A DNA stretch of 64,000 bases from the NCBI GenBank assembly GCA_963668025.2, contig CAXXTH010000017.1, forward strand, positions 288,001-352,000, given 5' to 3'. Each line of letters begins with the position of its first letter. Positions within the stretch are counted from its first letter, which is position 1. The stretch is from Candidatus Hydrogenedentota bacterium (GTDB taxonomy: Bacteria; Hydrogenedentota; Hydrogenedentia; Hydrogenedentales; SLHB01). Shown piece by piece: positions 1 through 9,480 of this stretch. The notes below the pieces were generated by a model. The model was not told the origin of the DNA. It ran no database searches and worked only from the letters and a program-made list of their open reading frames with translations. Both the position numbers and the translations under genes were made by a program.

Positions 1-2
1 TC

Positions 3-1163
3 GCGGAGCAGGGTGAGCTTGAAACCGCGTGCCGCGTGGGCACGCGCGCGTTCAATCAGAACGGCCTCGAGTGGTATCCCCCGGGCCAGACGCTGGTGGG
101 TATAGCGCCGGACGGCGAACTAGCGGCGGCGCTGTTATTCCGCACGGAGCCATTGTGGTGGGGAACCGCTCAAGTGCCTGCCGCGGCGGTTTCATGTGTT
201 GCGGCGGATCCGGCGCAACAGCGTAAAGGCTACGCTGGCGCGTTGATGGTGGGTGCGATTCACTATTTCCGGGAACTGGGCTGCGCCGTGTCGCCGTTGT
301 GGCCGTTCTCGATCGCGTATTACCAAAAGTTTGGGTGGGAATTGCCCGCATGCGACACGGGCCTCTTGGTGTGGCCGGACATGCTGCGCCGGATGGCGAA
401 TCCCGCGCCCCATACCCCGGCAGGCTCGATACGCCCCGCCAGGCGGGAAGACTTGCCCGCCATCGAATCGGTGTATGAGAAAGCCGCTATACGAACCAAT
501 ACCCAAACCGTACGCCCGAACACCTGGTGGAGCGAGCGCAAAAAAGATTGGGCCGAGACCACCCTGGCGCATCTCGACGCCAGGGGAACAATCACCGGAT
601 ACCTCATCTATCGCGTGTTCCCCCGTTCCCGGGCGCAGGGAGTGCGGATTGACATCGCGGAATTGCACGGCCTTGATTTAGCGGCCGAGGCGGCATTGTT
701 GCGCGCCACGGCGGATTTGCCGGACGCTGTTGAGATTCACGCCACGTTGCCGAATGACACGCTATTGCCGGATCTCTTTCCCGATTACATCACCCTCGAA
801 CGCCTCCAGCGGCTCATGCTGCGGGTGCTGGATCCATGCCGCGCCCTCGAGGCGCTTCACGCGCCGAAGGAACTCAAAGGCAAACTGGGATTTGAGATTT
901 ATGATCCCATTGTCCACCGCGATGAACCGGTTTATCTCACGGCGGATATCTCCGAGGGGCGGGTGTGTGCAAAGCCCGCGCGGCAACCCGATGCCATTTG
1001 CTGCGATATCCGGGCCTTCTCGCGCCTATTCTCCGGCGGATTGCGGGCCGCGCAAGGACGCGCGTTGGGGCTCATTACAGGGGGATGCGCTCCCGTGGAC
1101 GCCTTGTGTGACGCCCTGCTGCATGGCCGGACTCCTTACCGGTCCGGTATGGAGCCGGGCTAA
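3..1163 (+). CDS. Eis-family GNAT N-acetyltransferase with C-terminal SCP2-like domain (5' partial)
   Basis: Acetyl-CoA motif VAADPAQQRKGYAG, LWPFSIAYYQKFGWE and LMLRVLD, typical of Eis-like proteins; the frame is open back to the window start. Confidence 0.85.
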   Translation, partial: AEQGELETACRVGTRAFNQNGLEWYPPGQTLVGIAPDGELAAALLFRTEPLWWGTAQVPAAAVSCVAADPAQQRKGYAGALMVGAIHYFRELGCAVSPLWPFSIAYYQKFGWELPACDTGLLVWPDMLRRMANPAPHTPAGSIRPARREDLPAIESVYEKAAIRTNTQTVRPNTWWSERKKDWAETTLAHLDARGTITGYLIYRVFPRSRAQGVRIDIAELHGLDLAAEAALLRATADLPDAVEIHATLPNDTLLPDLFPDYITLERLQRLMLRVLDPCRALEALHAPKELKGKLGFEIYDPIVHRDEPVYLTADISEGRVCAKPARQPDAICCDIRAFSRLFSGGLRAAQGRALGLITGGCAPVDALCDALLHGRTPYRSGMEPG

Positions 1164-2437
1164 ATATATGGATTGACGTGGGCGTTGCCCACAACCTAAT
1201 GTAGCGACATAGCATTGATTATTCTCGTTTACCTTTGCGTTCTTGGCTGCTGTGCGTGCGTATCAATCGAGTGGGATCTTTGGTTGTAGTACAACGCGCT
1301 AGTTTTATTCATCTATTTCGCGCAAAGCCGCAAAGAATGCAACCATTAAAAGCACGACATAGCTGTAATAATAGAGCTTAGTAACGCTTTAGCCATCTGG
1401 CGCAAAAACATTGGGGTGATTTTTTTAGACGCGAATAGATGTGAATAAATGCGAATTCATGACAAACCTCCGTTAAGAGGAGATTTTTGACAGGATTTAC
1501 AGGATGAACAAGATTTTTATGTAACACTTTAGCAACTGAAGCAGGTTTGGCCGTATAAAGAGTCGTTGCGCTCTTGTCCTATCTTGTTTTCTTATTGAAG
1601 CCGGAGCTTAAGGTGCTAGTTTACCCGCATATGGAGGTTTTGACAGATGCAAGTAAAGGCATTGCCTGCTCAATACCGAAACAATACTTTACGGGTAGGC
1701 GTACTGTATAAGTTGATGCTCATGATTATTCTAAACCTCAGCCTACCAGACACCGTACTCGCTCAGTACACTTCCACCGAAGTTTATGAAAAAATGAAAG
1801 CGGCGGATTTATCGTTCACCACCAACATCACACTCAAAGGTAGGACGGTTCGGCTTCCAGATCGTTATACACCAGGGCTTGGTGCATATGGCATGCGTTT
1901 CGCATTTACGCAAAACACCGATCAAAGGGCGATTGCTTTTGTGGCGACAGATTTACCGGAAATCAAGACCATTCCAGGCCATATGGAACGATTTGCTCCT
2001 TTTCTAAAAACATGGGTTTACTGCGGTCCCAGCGCCGAAGGTCAATCGCATATATGTGGAAGCGATGATTCAAGCGATTCCGTGGAGAGCCTATTGAATA
2101 CAGCCGACCACATATCGGCACTCATCACGATCAGTTCGCCCACAGGGACATCCGGACTATATATGATCGAATTGCTAAGGGCTATGGGCCGCGGCTTCAC
2201 CACGGACGCCACTGCATGCACAAGCGCGAATGACAAGGGAGAAGGCGTTATCGCGGTCACATTAACAACGGAATATGGGGAGTGGTCCTTGTTGGTTGAG
2301 CCTGACAATGAATATGTAGCGCGAGAAGGAAATTTCACTATTAAAGGGGATACAGAGCCTTCAATCCACATGAAGAATTCGGGCTCCATCATTATGGGAG
2401 TTCCATCTTATGCCACCTATGAAGAGAAAAAAGGAAC

Positions 2438-3807
2438 GGGTGTTCCCGCAGAATGCTAAAGAAATCCTCGTGTCGGGTCGATAAGTATGCCGGACCCTTA
2501 ACGGAGGAAGACCGATGGCAGCGATGGTGACAAGGCGCGACGGCGACACGTTCGAGGTGAGTTTCTCGCTGAGGCTGCGTGGTTCGATGCTCGATATGGA
2601 GGAGGCGGTCCAGGAGGCCCTGAACGGGGTGGGGCGCGCAGTCATGGCCGAGGCCCTGGCCCGTTTCGACACAGACGGCTCGCCCATCCGCGTCGGCGCC
2701 ACCACCTTCAAAACCAAGGGGCGCTTCGGCCAGACCTACGAGACGCCCCACGGCCCGGTCCGCGTCGAGCGGCACGTCTACCAGAACACCGCCACGGGCG
2801 GGCGCACCTTCTGCCCGCTGGAGCGGGACGCGCGAATGGTCATGAACGCCACGCCGCGCTACGCCCGGATCGTCAGCGGAAAATACTCCCGCATGGGCGC
2901 CGATGTCATGCGCCGCGACCTGCTCGAGTCGACAGGCCGCGCAATCTCGCGCGACTATGTGAAGAAGATCGGCGATTTTGTGGGCGCCCTGGCGCAGGCC
3001 AGGGAGGAGACGTGGGAGTACGAGCTGCCGGAATTGGACAGGCCGGTCGCGTCGGTGGCCGTGGGCCTGGACGGCACCTGCATGCTGCTCAGGGAGGACG
3101 GCTGGCGTCAGGCGATGTGCGGGTCCATCAGCCTGTACGACAAGGACGGGGAGCGGCTGCACACGATCTACGCGGGCGCATCGCCCGAGTACGGCAAGCA
3201 GACTTTCCTCGAGCGCTTCGGCCGCGAGGTGGAGCGCGTGAGGGCGAGGCACCCGGCGGCGCTGTATATCGGCCTGGCCGACGGCGCGCCGGACAACTGG
3301 AAGTTTTTGACGCCGCGCACGGACCGGCAGATGCTGGATTTCTATCACGCGCGGGAATACGTGGGGAAGGCGGCGGAGGCGATTCACGGTCATGGCGCGC
3401 GCCGCCGGGAGTGGGAGGCGGACTGGAGTCACCGGCTGAAGCACACGAGGGGCGCAGCCGGACGCTTGCTGGAGGAGATGAAGGCGAGCTTGCCAAGCGT
3501 GCGCGCCCAGGCTTGCCGCGAGGAACTCGGCAAGGCGATCACCTACTTCGGCAATCACCGCTCGAAGATGCAATACTGGCGGCACACGGCGGAGCGCCTT
3601 CCCATCGGCAGCGGAGTGACGGAGGCGGCGTGCAAGACGCTGATCAAGCAACGCCTGGCATGCTCCGGGATGCGGTGGAAGGAAGCGGGCGCGAGCGCGG
3701 TGATCGCGCTCAGGTCGCTGGAGATGACCGAGGGCCGTTGGGACCAGTTCTGGCAACACGTGGCCCGCCACGGGGTCAATTGAGGTTATCATATTGAGGA
3801 AGCACCC
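2438..3807 (+). mobile_element. ISKra4/ISLre2-like insertion sequence, 1370 bp
   Basis: Imperfect terminal IRs (GGGTGTTCCCGCAGAATG / revcomp GGGTGCTTCCTCAATATG). 8-bp direct repeat AAAGGAAC at 2430-2437 and 3808-3815. GC is higher than the flanks. Confidence 0.92.
2515..3783 (+). CDS. ISKra4-family (IS256-like) DDE transposase
   Basis: Motifs GLDGT, LADGAPDNW, LDFYHA and PIGSGVTEAACK...KQRL..SGMRW; 422 aa, intact. Confidence 0.9.
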   Translation: MAAMVTRRDGDTFEVSFSLRLRGSMLDMEEAVQEALNGVGRAVMAEALARFDTDGSPIRVGATTFKTKGRFGQTYETPHGPVRVERHVYQNTATGGRTFCPLERDARMVMNATPRYARIVSGKYSRMGADVMRRDLLESTGRAISRDYVKKIGDFVGALAQAREETWEYELPELDRPVASVAVGLDGTCMLLREDGWRQAMCGSISLYDKDGERLHTIYAGASPEYGKQTFLERFGREVERVRARHPAALYIGLADGAPDNWKFLTPRTDRQMLDFYHAREYVGKAAEAIHGHGARRREWEADWSHRLKHTRGAAGRLLEEMKASLPSVRAQACREELGKAITYFGNHRSKMQYWRHTAERLPIGSGVTEAACKTLIKQRLACSGMRWKEAGASAVIALRSLEMTEGRWDQFWQHVARHGVN

Positions 3808-4321
3808 AAAGGAACATTCATTGGAGCGCAGCCTTTATGGATTGAAGAAGCATCTCATTCGATAGATGCCAATCTTTTGAAGGAAGCGGAAGCATCTTTA
3901 TCGCCGGACTTTTTCCAAGGCATGTCAGTATTAGTAGATGATATACGCAAGCCCGGCGACACGCGCATTTGGTCGAAAGAACCGGGTGGCGAACTAAAAA
4001 GAATACCCTGTTCAGATGGGAGAATCTCGGTAGACGACATTGTGGATGTTCTCAGTGGCGTTTCCGATACTCGAGACTTACGGTTGGAGTGCGAAATAAT
4101 CATCCGAAATCTGAACAGAAAACTCTGGCCGCACGCACGAAAATACATAGGATTTTATTTGGGGGGATGTGTTATAGCCGTGGGCCTATTTGCCGTCATA
4201 TGGAGAGTTCGTCGGAGAAATAAAGGCTCATGATAATAAATCGATATATTTGCATGACGCTCCATAGAATAAACAACGATTGGGCCATCTAGCGTAATAG
4301 TGTAACATTCTCAGGTCTACA

Positions 4322-5119
4322 TTAGAAAAAGAACAGGGCCGTAAAGACGAGGTCGACCACGATAATAAAGAATATGGCCGTCACCACGGACGAGGTGGTC
4401 ATGCGGCCGACGCCTTCCGCCCCTCCTTCGACATGAAAGCCTTTATACACGCCCACCCAGCAAATCACCACGGCGAAAAAAACGCTCTTGGTCATGCCCG
4501 TCGCGAAGTCTTTCATGGAAAGGGCAAGCAGCGTGTTTGTGATGTAGATATCTGAATCCACGCCTAAAACAAAAACGGAAAGGCAATATCCGCCCAGAAT
4601 CATAATGAATACCGCTTGAATGGTCAGGCAGGGCACGGCGAACAGCATACCCAGGAATTTCGGAACCACTAGGAATTTCGTGGGATTGACGCCCATGACT
4701 TGCAATGCGTCAATCTCTTCGGCCACTTTCATGGCCCCGATCTCCGCCGTAATGGCGGAACCGCTGCGCCCGGTGACCAGCACGGCGGTCATCAAGGGCG
4801 CTAACTCGCGCATGGCCGCCACGCCCACCAGCATGGCGATGTATGCCTTCGCGCCCCAGCGTTCGAGCTGGTAAGCGGATTGCATCGCCATGATGGCCCC
4901 GATAAGGAAACAAATAAGGGCTACGATGGGAAGGGAATGCACTCCGTATTCGACAAAGTGCTCGACGGCGCTCCGAAAACGCAATCCCCTGCCGCGCAGG
5001 GGCTGCACAACCACCCAATTACAGGTGTCTGCGATTAGGACGCACACATGCAGGATGCGATGAACGGCGCTGATGCTCGAGCGCCCCGCAAATCCGGCGA
5101 TGCGCGCGGCGGCGTTCAC
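4322..5119 (-). CDS. mlaE: MlaE-family ABC transporter permease
   Basis: RELAPLMTAVLVTGRSGSAITAEIGAMKVAEEIDAL and GGAEGVGRMTTSSVV; GTG start overlaps the STAS stop (GTGA). Confidence 0.92.
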   Translation of the reverse strand: MNAAARIAGFAGRSSISAVHRILHVCVLIADTCNWVVVQPLRGRGLRFRSAVEHFVEYGVHSLPIVALICFLIGAIMAMQSAYQLERWGAKAYIAMLVGVAAMRELAPLMTAVLVTGRSGSAITAEIGAMKVAEEIDALQVMGVNPTKFLVVPKFLGMLFAVPCLTIQAVFIMILGGYCLSVFVLGVDSDIYITNTLLALSMKDFATGMTKSVFFAVVICWVGVYKGFHVEGGAEGVGRMTTSSVVTAIFFIIVVDLVFTALFFF

Positions 5120-5433
5120 AAGTTGTCCTGTATCTGGAATACCGAATCCAGCCGTGACAGCTTCAACACCTTCATGACGGGATTGGACGGCGATACTAAA
5201 ATAAACGTCATGTTCTTTTTAGCGCTGGCGCGCAGCCCCTCGACAAGCGTCGCCACGCCGGAGCTGTCCATGTAGGGCACGCCGCGCAGATCCACGGCGA
5301 GGGCGGACGCGGACGCGCCAGCCGCTTTGGTAATCGCCGCGCGCAATTCCGGTGAATTGTATAAATCCACTTCGCCGGCCACTTTGACGACGCAGGTTGT
5401 GTCTGTGTTGGAAACTTCGATATCGAGCGTCAT
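5116..5433 (-). CDS. STAS domain protein (anti-sigma antagonist RsbV-like / MlaB-like)
   Basis: GEVDLYNSPELR and VDLRGVPYMDSSGVATLV with the phosphorylatable Ser; 105 aa. Confidence 0.9.
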   Translation of the reverse strand: MTLDIEVSNTDTTCVVKVAGEVDLYNSPELRAAITKAAGASASALAVDLRGVPYMDSSGVATLVEGLRASAKKNMTFILVSPSNPVMKVLKLSRLDSVFQIQDNL

Positions 5434-5912
5434 TGGATCAGTCCTTTGCCTTCTTCACCGTGGATTTCCGGAGAGGCCGCTGGCCGCCGGAGCCGCATGA
5501 TAATATGATTGCCCCGCTCCGCACCTGAATCAAACCGCACCTCGTCAAATACGCGGCGCATTAATGAAATCCCTAATCCTCCCGGCTGCACGGTTGTTGC
5601 ATCCGGCGGAGGCGACTCTTTGCATTCCAGGCATTCTTTGGGTGCGGGAAAGCCTTCGTCTTTCAACTCAAACTCGATATATTCCGACGTACACCGCAAT
5701 GCCAATTCCAGCACGGCCCCGGGCTGGCCTGCATAGGCATGCCGTATCGAGTTGCTGCACGCTTCATCCACCGCAAGCACCACCTCATCGGCGCGCTCTT
5801 CCGGGAAACCGGCGTTTTCAGCAAACCCGCGCACCAGCCCGCGCACCGCAGCGAGCAGCCGGGGCTCCGCGTGCAGCCTGGCCACGATATCCCAGTTTTG
5901 TTCCGCTAGCAT
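5430..5912 (-). CDS. RsbW-like anti-sigma factor / Ser kinase (HATPase_c)
   Basis: LAVDEACSNSIRHAY, DEG and GGLGISLMRRVFDEV motifs. Confidence 0.9.
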   Translation of the reverse strand: MLAEQNWDIVARLHAEPRLLAAVRGLVRGFAENAGFPEERADEVVLAVDEACSNSIRHAYAGQPGAVLELALRCTSEYIEFELKDEGFPAPKECLECKESPPPDATTVQPGGLGISLMRRVFDEVRFDSGAERGNHIIMRLRRPAASPEIHGEEGKGLIQ

Positions 5913-5927
5913 TTAAATCCCAAGCGC

Positions 5928-7679
5928 TCAGAGTTCGTAGCTAATGGCTATCATGGTGCAATCGTCATGCGGCGCGGCAGGAGCCGTGTACTCTTGCACA
6001 CTGAGCATGACACCGTTGATCATTTCCTTGGGAGACTCCGACGAGAAGCCTTGCGCCACGCGGCATAAATTGCGCACGCCGAATTCGTCCGAGGTGCGCG
6101 CGGTGTCGCGGCGCGTATGCATGCCTCTCGCCTCGACAATGCCATCCGTGTACAGGAGCACCGTCTCGCCAGGTTCGAGCACCGTTTCGCAATCCGTCCA
6201 TGCCGCGTCCGGCGTGACGCCTATCGGCGGGCCCGATGCGGGGCCGAACTCTTGGATGTCAGTGTGGCTCACACGCACCGGCGGGTGATGCCCCGCATTG
6301 GCGCACCGAACCGTGCCGGTGTTTAGGTCCATAGTAAGGTAGCAAATCGTGCAAAACGTGCCGAAGGTGCTCCGGTTCACCATGGCCGCATTCAGCATGG
6401 CAAGCACCTTCGCAGGCGAGTCCGACTCGCGGACGCATAGGCGGAATTCGGCGAGGATTTGGGCCATGGTCAGCGCGGCGGGCACGCCTTTGCCGCTGAC
6501 ATCGCCTATCAGCACGCCCACGCGGTTGCGCTCGGGCCGGACAAAATCATAGAAATCGCCTCCGACGATCTTGGCGGGACGCGTCTCGCCATACACGCGG
6601 AATCGCGAATCGTCTTGGGGCCAATCGCGCACGAGGAAGCCTTCCTGAATGGTCCAGGCATGGCGGATCTCCTGATCGACACGCTCCTTCTCAATGATCT
6701 GCTGGCACATGCGGGCGTTCTCGAGGGCGAGGCCAGCGCTGTTGCCCACCGCCGTGGCCAGCAGCATGTCTTCACGTGAATACATCTGTCCCGGTTGATT
6801 CGTATCGAAGTACAGCAGGCCCGGGATCCCCTGCTTGCCCTTGAGCGGCACACACATAATGGACCGTAAATTGAGCGAAACGATGCTCTCCGCCGCGCTC
6901 ACATCATCGGAGGATTGCGCATCTTGCAACAGCACGCTTTCGCCACGGCTCAATACGCGATGGGCGACGGTATTGCTGATGCGCACGCCTTCCCGGTTCA
7001 CATGGCGCAAGCGGCCATTCTCGACGACATGGAATTTCCCGCACACCGGGCAGGGCAGCAATTCCTCCCGGGCGGGCCCCGCGAACAAAATAGCCCCGCG
7101 CTGTGCGCCGATGGCTTTCATGCTGGTATCAAGGATCTGGTCCACCAGGCTGCACGGTTCATAATTTGAAGCGATCTGGTTCATGACCGTGTAGACCGCC
7201 CGGAGCATTTCTTCGGCTTTAGATTCCTCCGGCGATGCTTCAAGGGCTTCACCATCCGCATCAATCAAGGTTTTAAACAATGTCGATTCATCTGTCTCGC
7301 CCGCTTCCGCGACCACTTCGACCTCGAACCGGAGCACGGTTTCGCCGATTTGGATGCGGTCGCCATGGTCGAGCACGCCCTCGAGCATGGGAGAGCCATT
7401 CACCAAGGTGCCATTCGTGCTACCCAGGTCTTTCCAGAAGAACCCCATTCCCGCGCGGCGCACCTCGACATGATGGCGGGAAGCCGCCACATCATCAATC
7501 GTGATGTCGCAGTCCGTGGACCGCCCAATGATGATCGAGGCCAGGACCGGCGTGCGGCGCTTGCCTCGATGACTGTCTTCCGTTACCAAAAAACCCCGCT
7601 TCACAAATTCCACCCTCCACGGAGATATTTGCCCAATACATGACAAACTCATTCTAAACACTGGCCGCCTGCAACGCAA
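5928..7679 (-). CDS. FHA-GAF-PP2C (SpoIIE/RsbU-type) serine phosphatase; true start probably about 30 codons downstream
   Basis: FHA: IGRS..C, SRHH, DLGSTNGT. GAF: RSIMCVPL. PP2C: VGGDFYD, IGDVSGKG, ANAGH, LYTDG, DDCT. Confidence 0.9.
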   Translation of the reverse strand: MRCRRPVFRMSLSCIGQISPWRVEFVKRGFLVTEDSHRGKRRTPVLASIIIGRSTDCDITIDDVAASRHHVEVRRAGMGFFWKDLGSTNGTLVNGSPMLEGVLDHGDRIQIGETVLRFEVEVVAEAGETDESTLFKTLIDADGEALEASPEESKAEEMLRAVYTVMNQIASNYEPCSLVDQILDTSMKAIGAQRGAILFAGPAREELLPCPVCGKFHVVENGRLRHVNREGVRISNTVAHRVLSRGESVLLQDAQSSDDVSAAESIVSLNLRSIMCVPLKGKQGIPGLLYFDTNQPGQMYSREDMLLATAVGNSAGLALENARMCQQIIEKERVDQEIRHAWTIQEGFLVRDWPQDDSRFRVYGETRPAKIVGGDFYDFVRPERNRVGVLIGDVSGKGVPAALTMAQILAEFRLCVRESDSPAKVLAMLNAAMVNRSTFGTFCTICYLTMDLNTGTVRCANAGHHPPVRVSHTDIQEFGPASGPPIGVTPDAAWTDCETVLEPGETVLLYTDGIVEARGMHTRRDTARTSDEFGVRNLCRVAQGFSSESPKEMINGVMLSVQEYTAPAAPHDDCTMIAISYEL

Positions 7680-7727
7680 ATGCCTAAAAATGCCATTTCT
7701 ATTTACAACAATGGTTTTTCTTTGTTT

Positions 7728-8291
7728 TCATATGCCGCTTGGTTTCAAGCTGGCCGCGTCCGCGGCAATTTGCACTGCTAAATCCTCCATAGCTCGCGAG
7801 AGGGCCTTCGCCACTTCAGCGGGCTGGGGCGCGGCGGCGGGAATGCTGGCTTCATACGTGCGTTCCAACAGGGGATGCTCTTTAGGGCCAGCTCCCGGAG
7901 CGCGGATTTTGATAGCCAGTTTCACATGGGCCTGCGCGGAGCCATCTTCCAGGTCTGCCTGCTCGAAGGCGAGAACGGTTCCGCTGACTTGCAGCGCCTC
8001 CGGCGTAGCGGGATCGCCGAATTCGGCCTGTAGTTTTTGCGCCGCCAGCTCCGCCACGGGCGCGGCCCAATAGTCGCGGGCATAATATTCGACCTCGACC
8101 GGCGTGGCTTGAATGAGGATGGCGCTGCGTTCCAGCGGCTCAGCGGCGTCCAGGCGTTCAACACGCAAGGGGCAAAGATTTAATGCTTTTCCGGACGGAC
8201 GGAAATCGAGCGTATAATATTTCGGCGCTAATGGTTCTGTTGCACAGCCTACGGCCAGAAAGGCCAGTGCAACTGCAAGCATCCGCTCCAT
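7728..8291 (-). CDS. PqiC / ABC-transport auxiliary lipoprotein
   Basis: Lipobox LAVGC, YYTL and YYARDYWAAP motifs; located in an MCE cluster. Confidence 0.8.
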   Translation of the reverse strand: MERMLAVALAFLAVGCATEPLAPKYYTLDFRPSGKALNLCPLRVERLDAAEPLERSAILIQATPVEVEYYARDYWAAPVAELAAQKLQAEFGDPATPEALQVSGTVLAFEQADLEDGSAQAHVKLAIKIRAPGAGPKEHPLLERTYEASIPAAAPQPAEVAKALSRAMEDLAVQIAADAASLKPSGI

Positions 8292-8417
8292 GCTACTATC
8301 TCCCAAAAAATTAGGTGTATTGCATTTTTTGCGATACTGCATCTATTCAATCATTGCGCCCTACATTCACTTCTCATTAGCTCAAAATGACTTCATGATA
8401 ATGTCTATTCCATGAGT

Positions 8418-8867
8418 CTATTCCTGCCTTTCTTTCAAACGTGTGCGTGCCTCACTAAGCTCGCTCTCTGTGAGAAAAGGCCAATATGGGCCAATCCCTA
8501 ATAAAGGCACGTTAGTTAGTAATTCTCTTTTGATCCATGCCCTAAACCGCCTTTGAACAGGCCATTCATGCCATCTATACGGTGTCAAGGAATCAAGAAA
8601 GAGAATGATTCTCTCAATGTATTCTCGTTCCCCTTTTCGCCCGCTGAATCCTTTGTCACGAAAGAGAGTCGTGTCGTAATCGAAAGTTAATTGAAAAAAA
8701 ATCTCACGAATTCCAGAATCTTCGGATTTGGTGAAAGCAGATGCGTGTTTCCCTACAGGAATATCCTCAGTTAAGGTATCCATCGATATCTTCATGTCTA
8801 GATACTGGCGCAGTCTCTCCGAAAGCACCTTTCTGGCCGCAATGTCTATAATATCAGGTAATCCCAT
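8418..8867 (-). CDS. Low-GC hypothetical protein (possible immunity-like)
   Basis: 149-aa ORF whose ATG overlaps the upstream stop (TAATG); AT-rich relative to the flanks. Confidence 0.55.
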   Translation of the reverse strand: MGLPDIIDIAARKVLSERLRQYLDMKISMDTLTEDIPVGKHASAFTKSEDSGIREIFFQLTFDYDTTLFRDKGFSGRKGEREYIERIILFLDSLTPYRWHEWPVQRRFRAWIKRELLTNVPLLGIGPYWPFLTESELSEARTRLKERQE

Positions 8868-9145
8868 TACCAGCAGTCCCATACTGCGTGACCAATCCGG
8901 AAAGACTGAAAAGCACCCTCAGCAATAATGCCTATCTGGCCTATGCGAACAACTCTACCTGCAATCGGTAGTTTACATTTCCACATATTATCGAAATCAT
9001 GAAGGATCGAGTGTGCTCGCTCTACTATTTCACCTGGGAGTTTTTCCTTATTCATCCCCGATGCAACCCATCGCGTTCCTTGCTCTATTCTACGCATAAT
9101 GAATATCCCCCGCAAAGCCGGGGCTTTATAATGAGAGCCGCTCAA
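8867..9145 (-). CDS. Low-GC hypothetical fragment
   Basis: 92-aa ORF coupled to the downstream ORF; no recognisable domain; possibly a C-terminal remnant. Confidence 0.35.
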   Translation of the reverse strand: MSGSHYKAPALRGIFIMRRIEQGTRWVASGMNKEKLPGEIVERAHSILHDFDNMWKCKLPIAGRVVRIGQIGIIAEGAFQSFRIGHAVWDCW

Positions 9146-9292
9146 AGCGGCTATTCGGGGACGCTAACGCGGCCCCGACTAAATAATTTAGTGTATTTCG
9201 TACTACTATCTGGAAAAACGTTGTTTTCTTGCAACGATTTTGCCTATAACACAAATCATATCAAATAGTTACGGGATATATTTTTTCTTGTG

Positions 9293-9338
9293 CCGTGGTA
9301 TGGGCGAGACGCCCATACCACGGGAGTTGCAAAAACAT
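9293..9338. repeat. REP-like palindrome (GTGG-type)
   Basis: Perfect 14-bp hairpin CCGTGGTATGGGCG-AGA-CGCCCATACCACGG. A reverse-complement copy with 1 mismatch in 39 nt lies at 29641-29679, and a degenerate copy near 15411. Confidence 0.8.
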
Positions 9339-9480
9339 TCTAGAGGATATATTTGCATTCATTCGCGTTCATTCGCGGTAAAAAAACTAAACGCTTTGGT
9401 TGCGCCTACGCAACGCTGTGTATTTCGTAGTTTAAAATCCGGATCGTTAGTTGCGGCTATGCCGCGTTAAGCATTTCGTC

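Larger units (their letters stand above)
1647..4233 (+). pseudogene. Secreted/membrane-anchored hypothetical protein interrupted by an IS
   Basis: Removing the IS (2438-3807) and one TSD copy joins ORF 1647-2437 in frame to 3816-4233 (...EEKKGT-FIGAQPLW...LLKEAEAS...). This gives about 402 aa with an N-terminal hydrophobic segment and a C-terminal TM plus basic tail. Confidence 0.85.

Noticed and set aside
2392-3792. 466-aa antisense ORF over the transposase, and similar long shadow ORFs (e.g. 33081-34055, 22434-23429, 12318-13220)
   Set aside because: Antisense shadows of GC-rich genes with no recognisable motifs.
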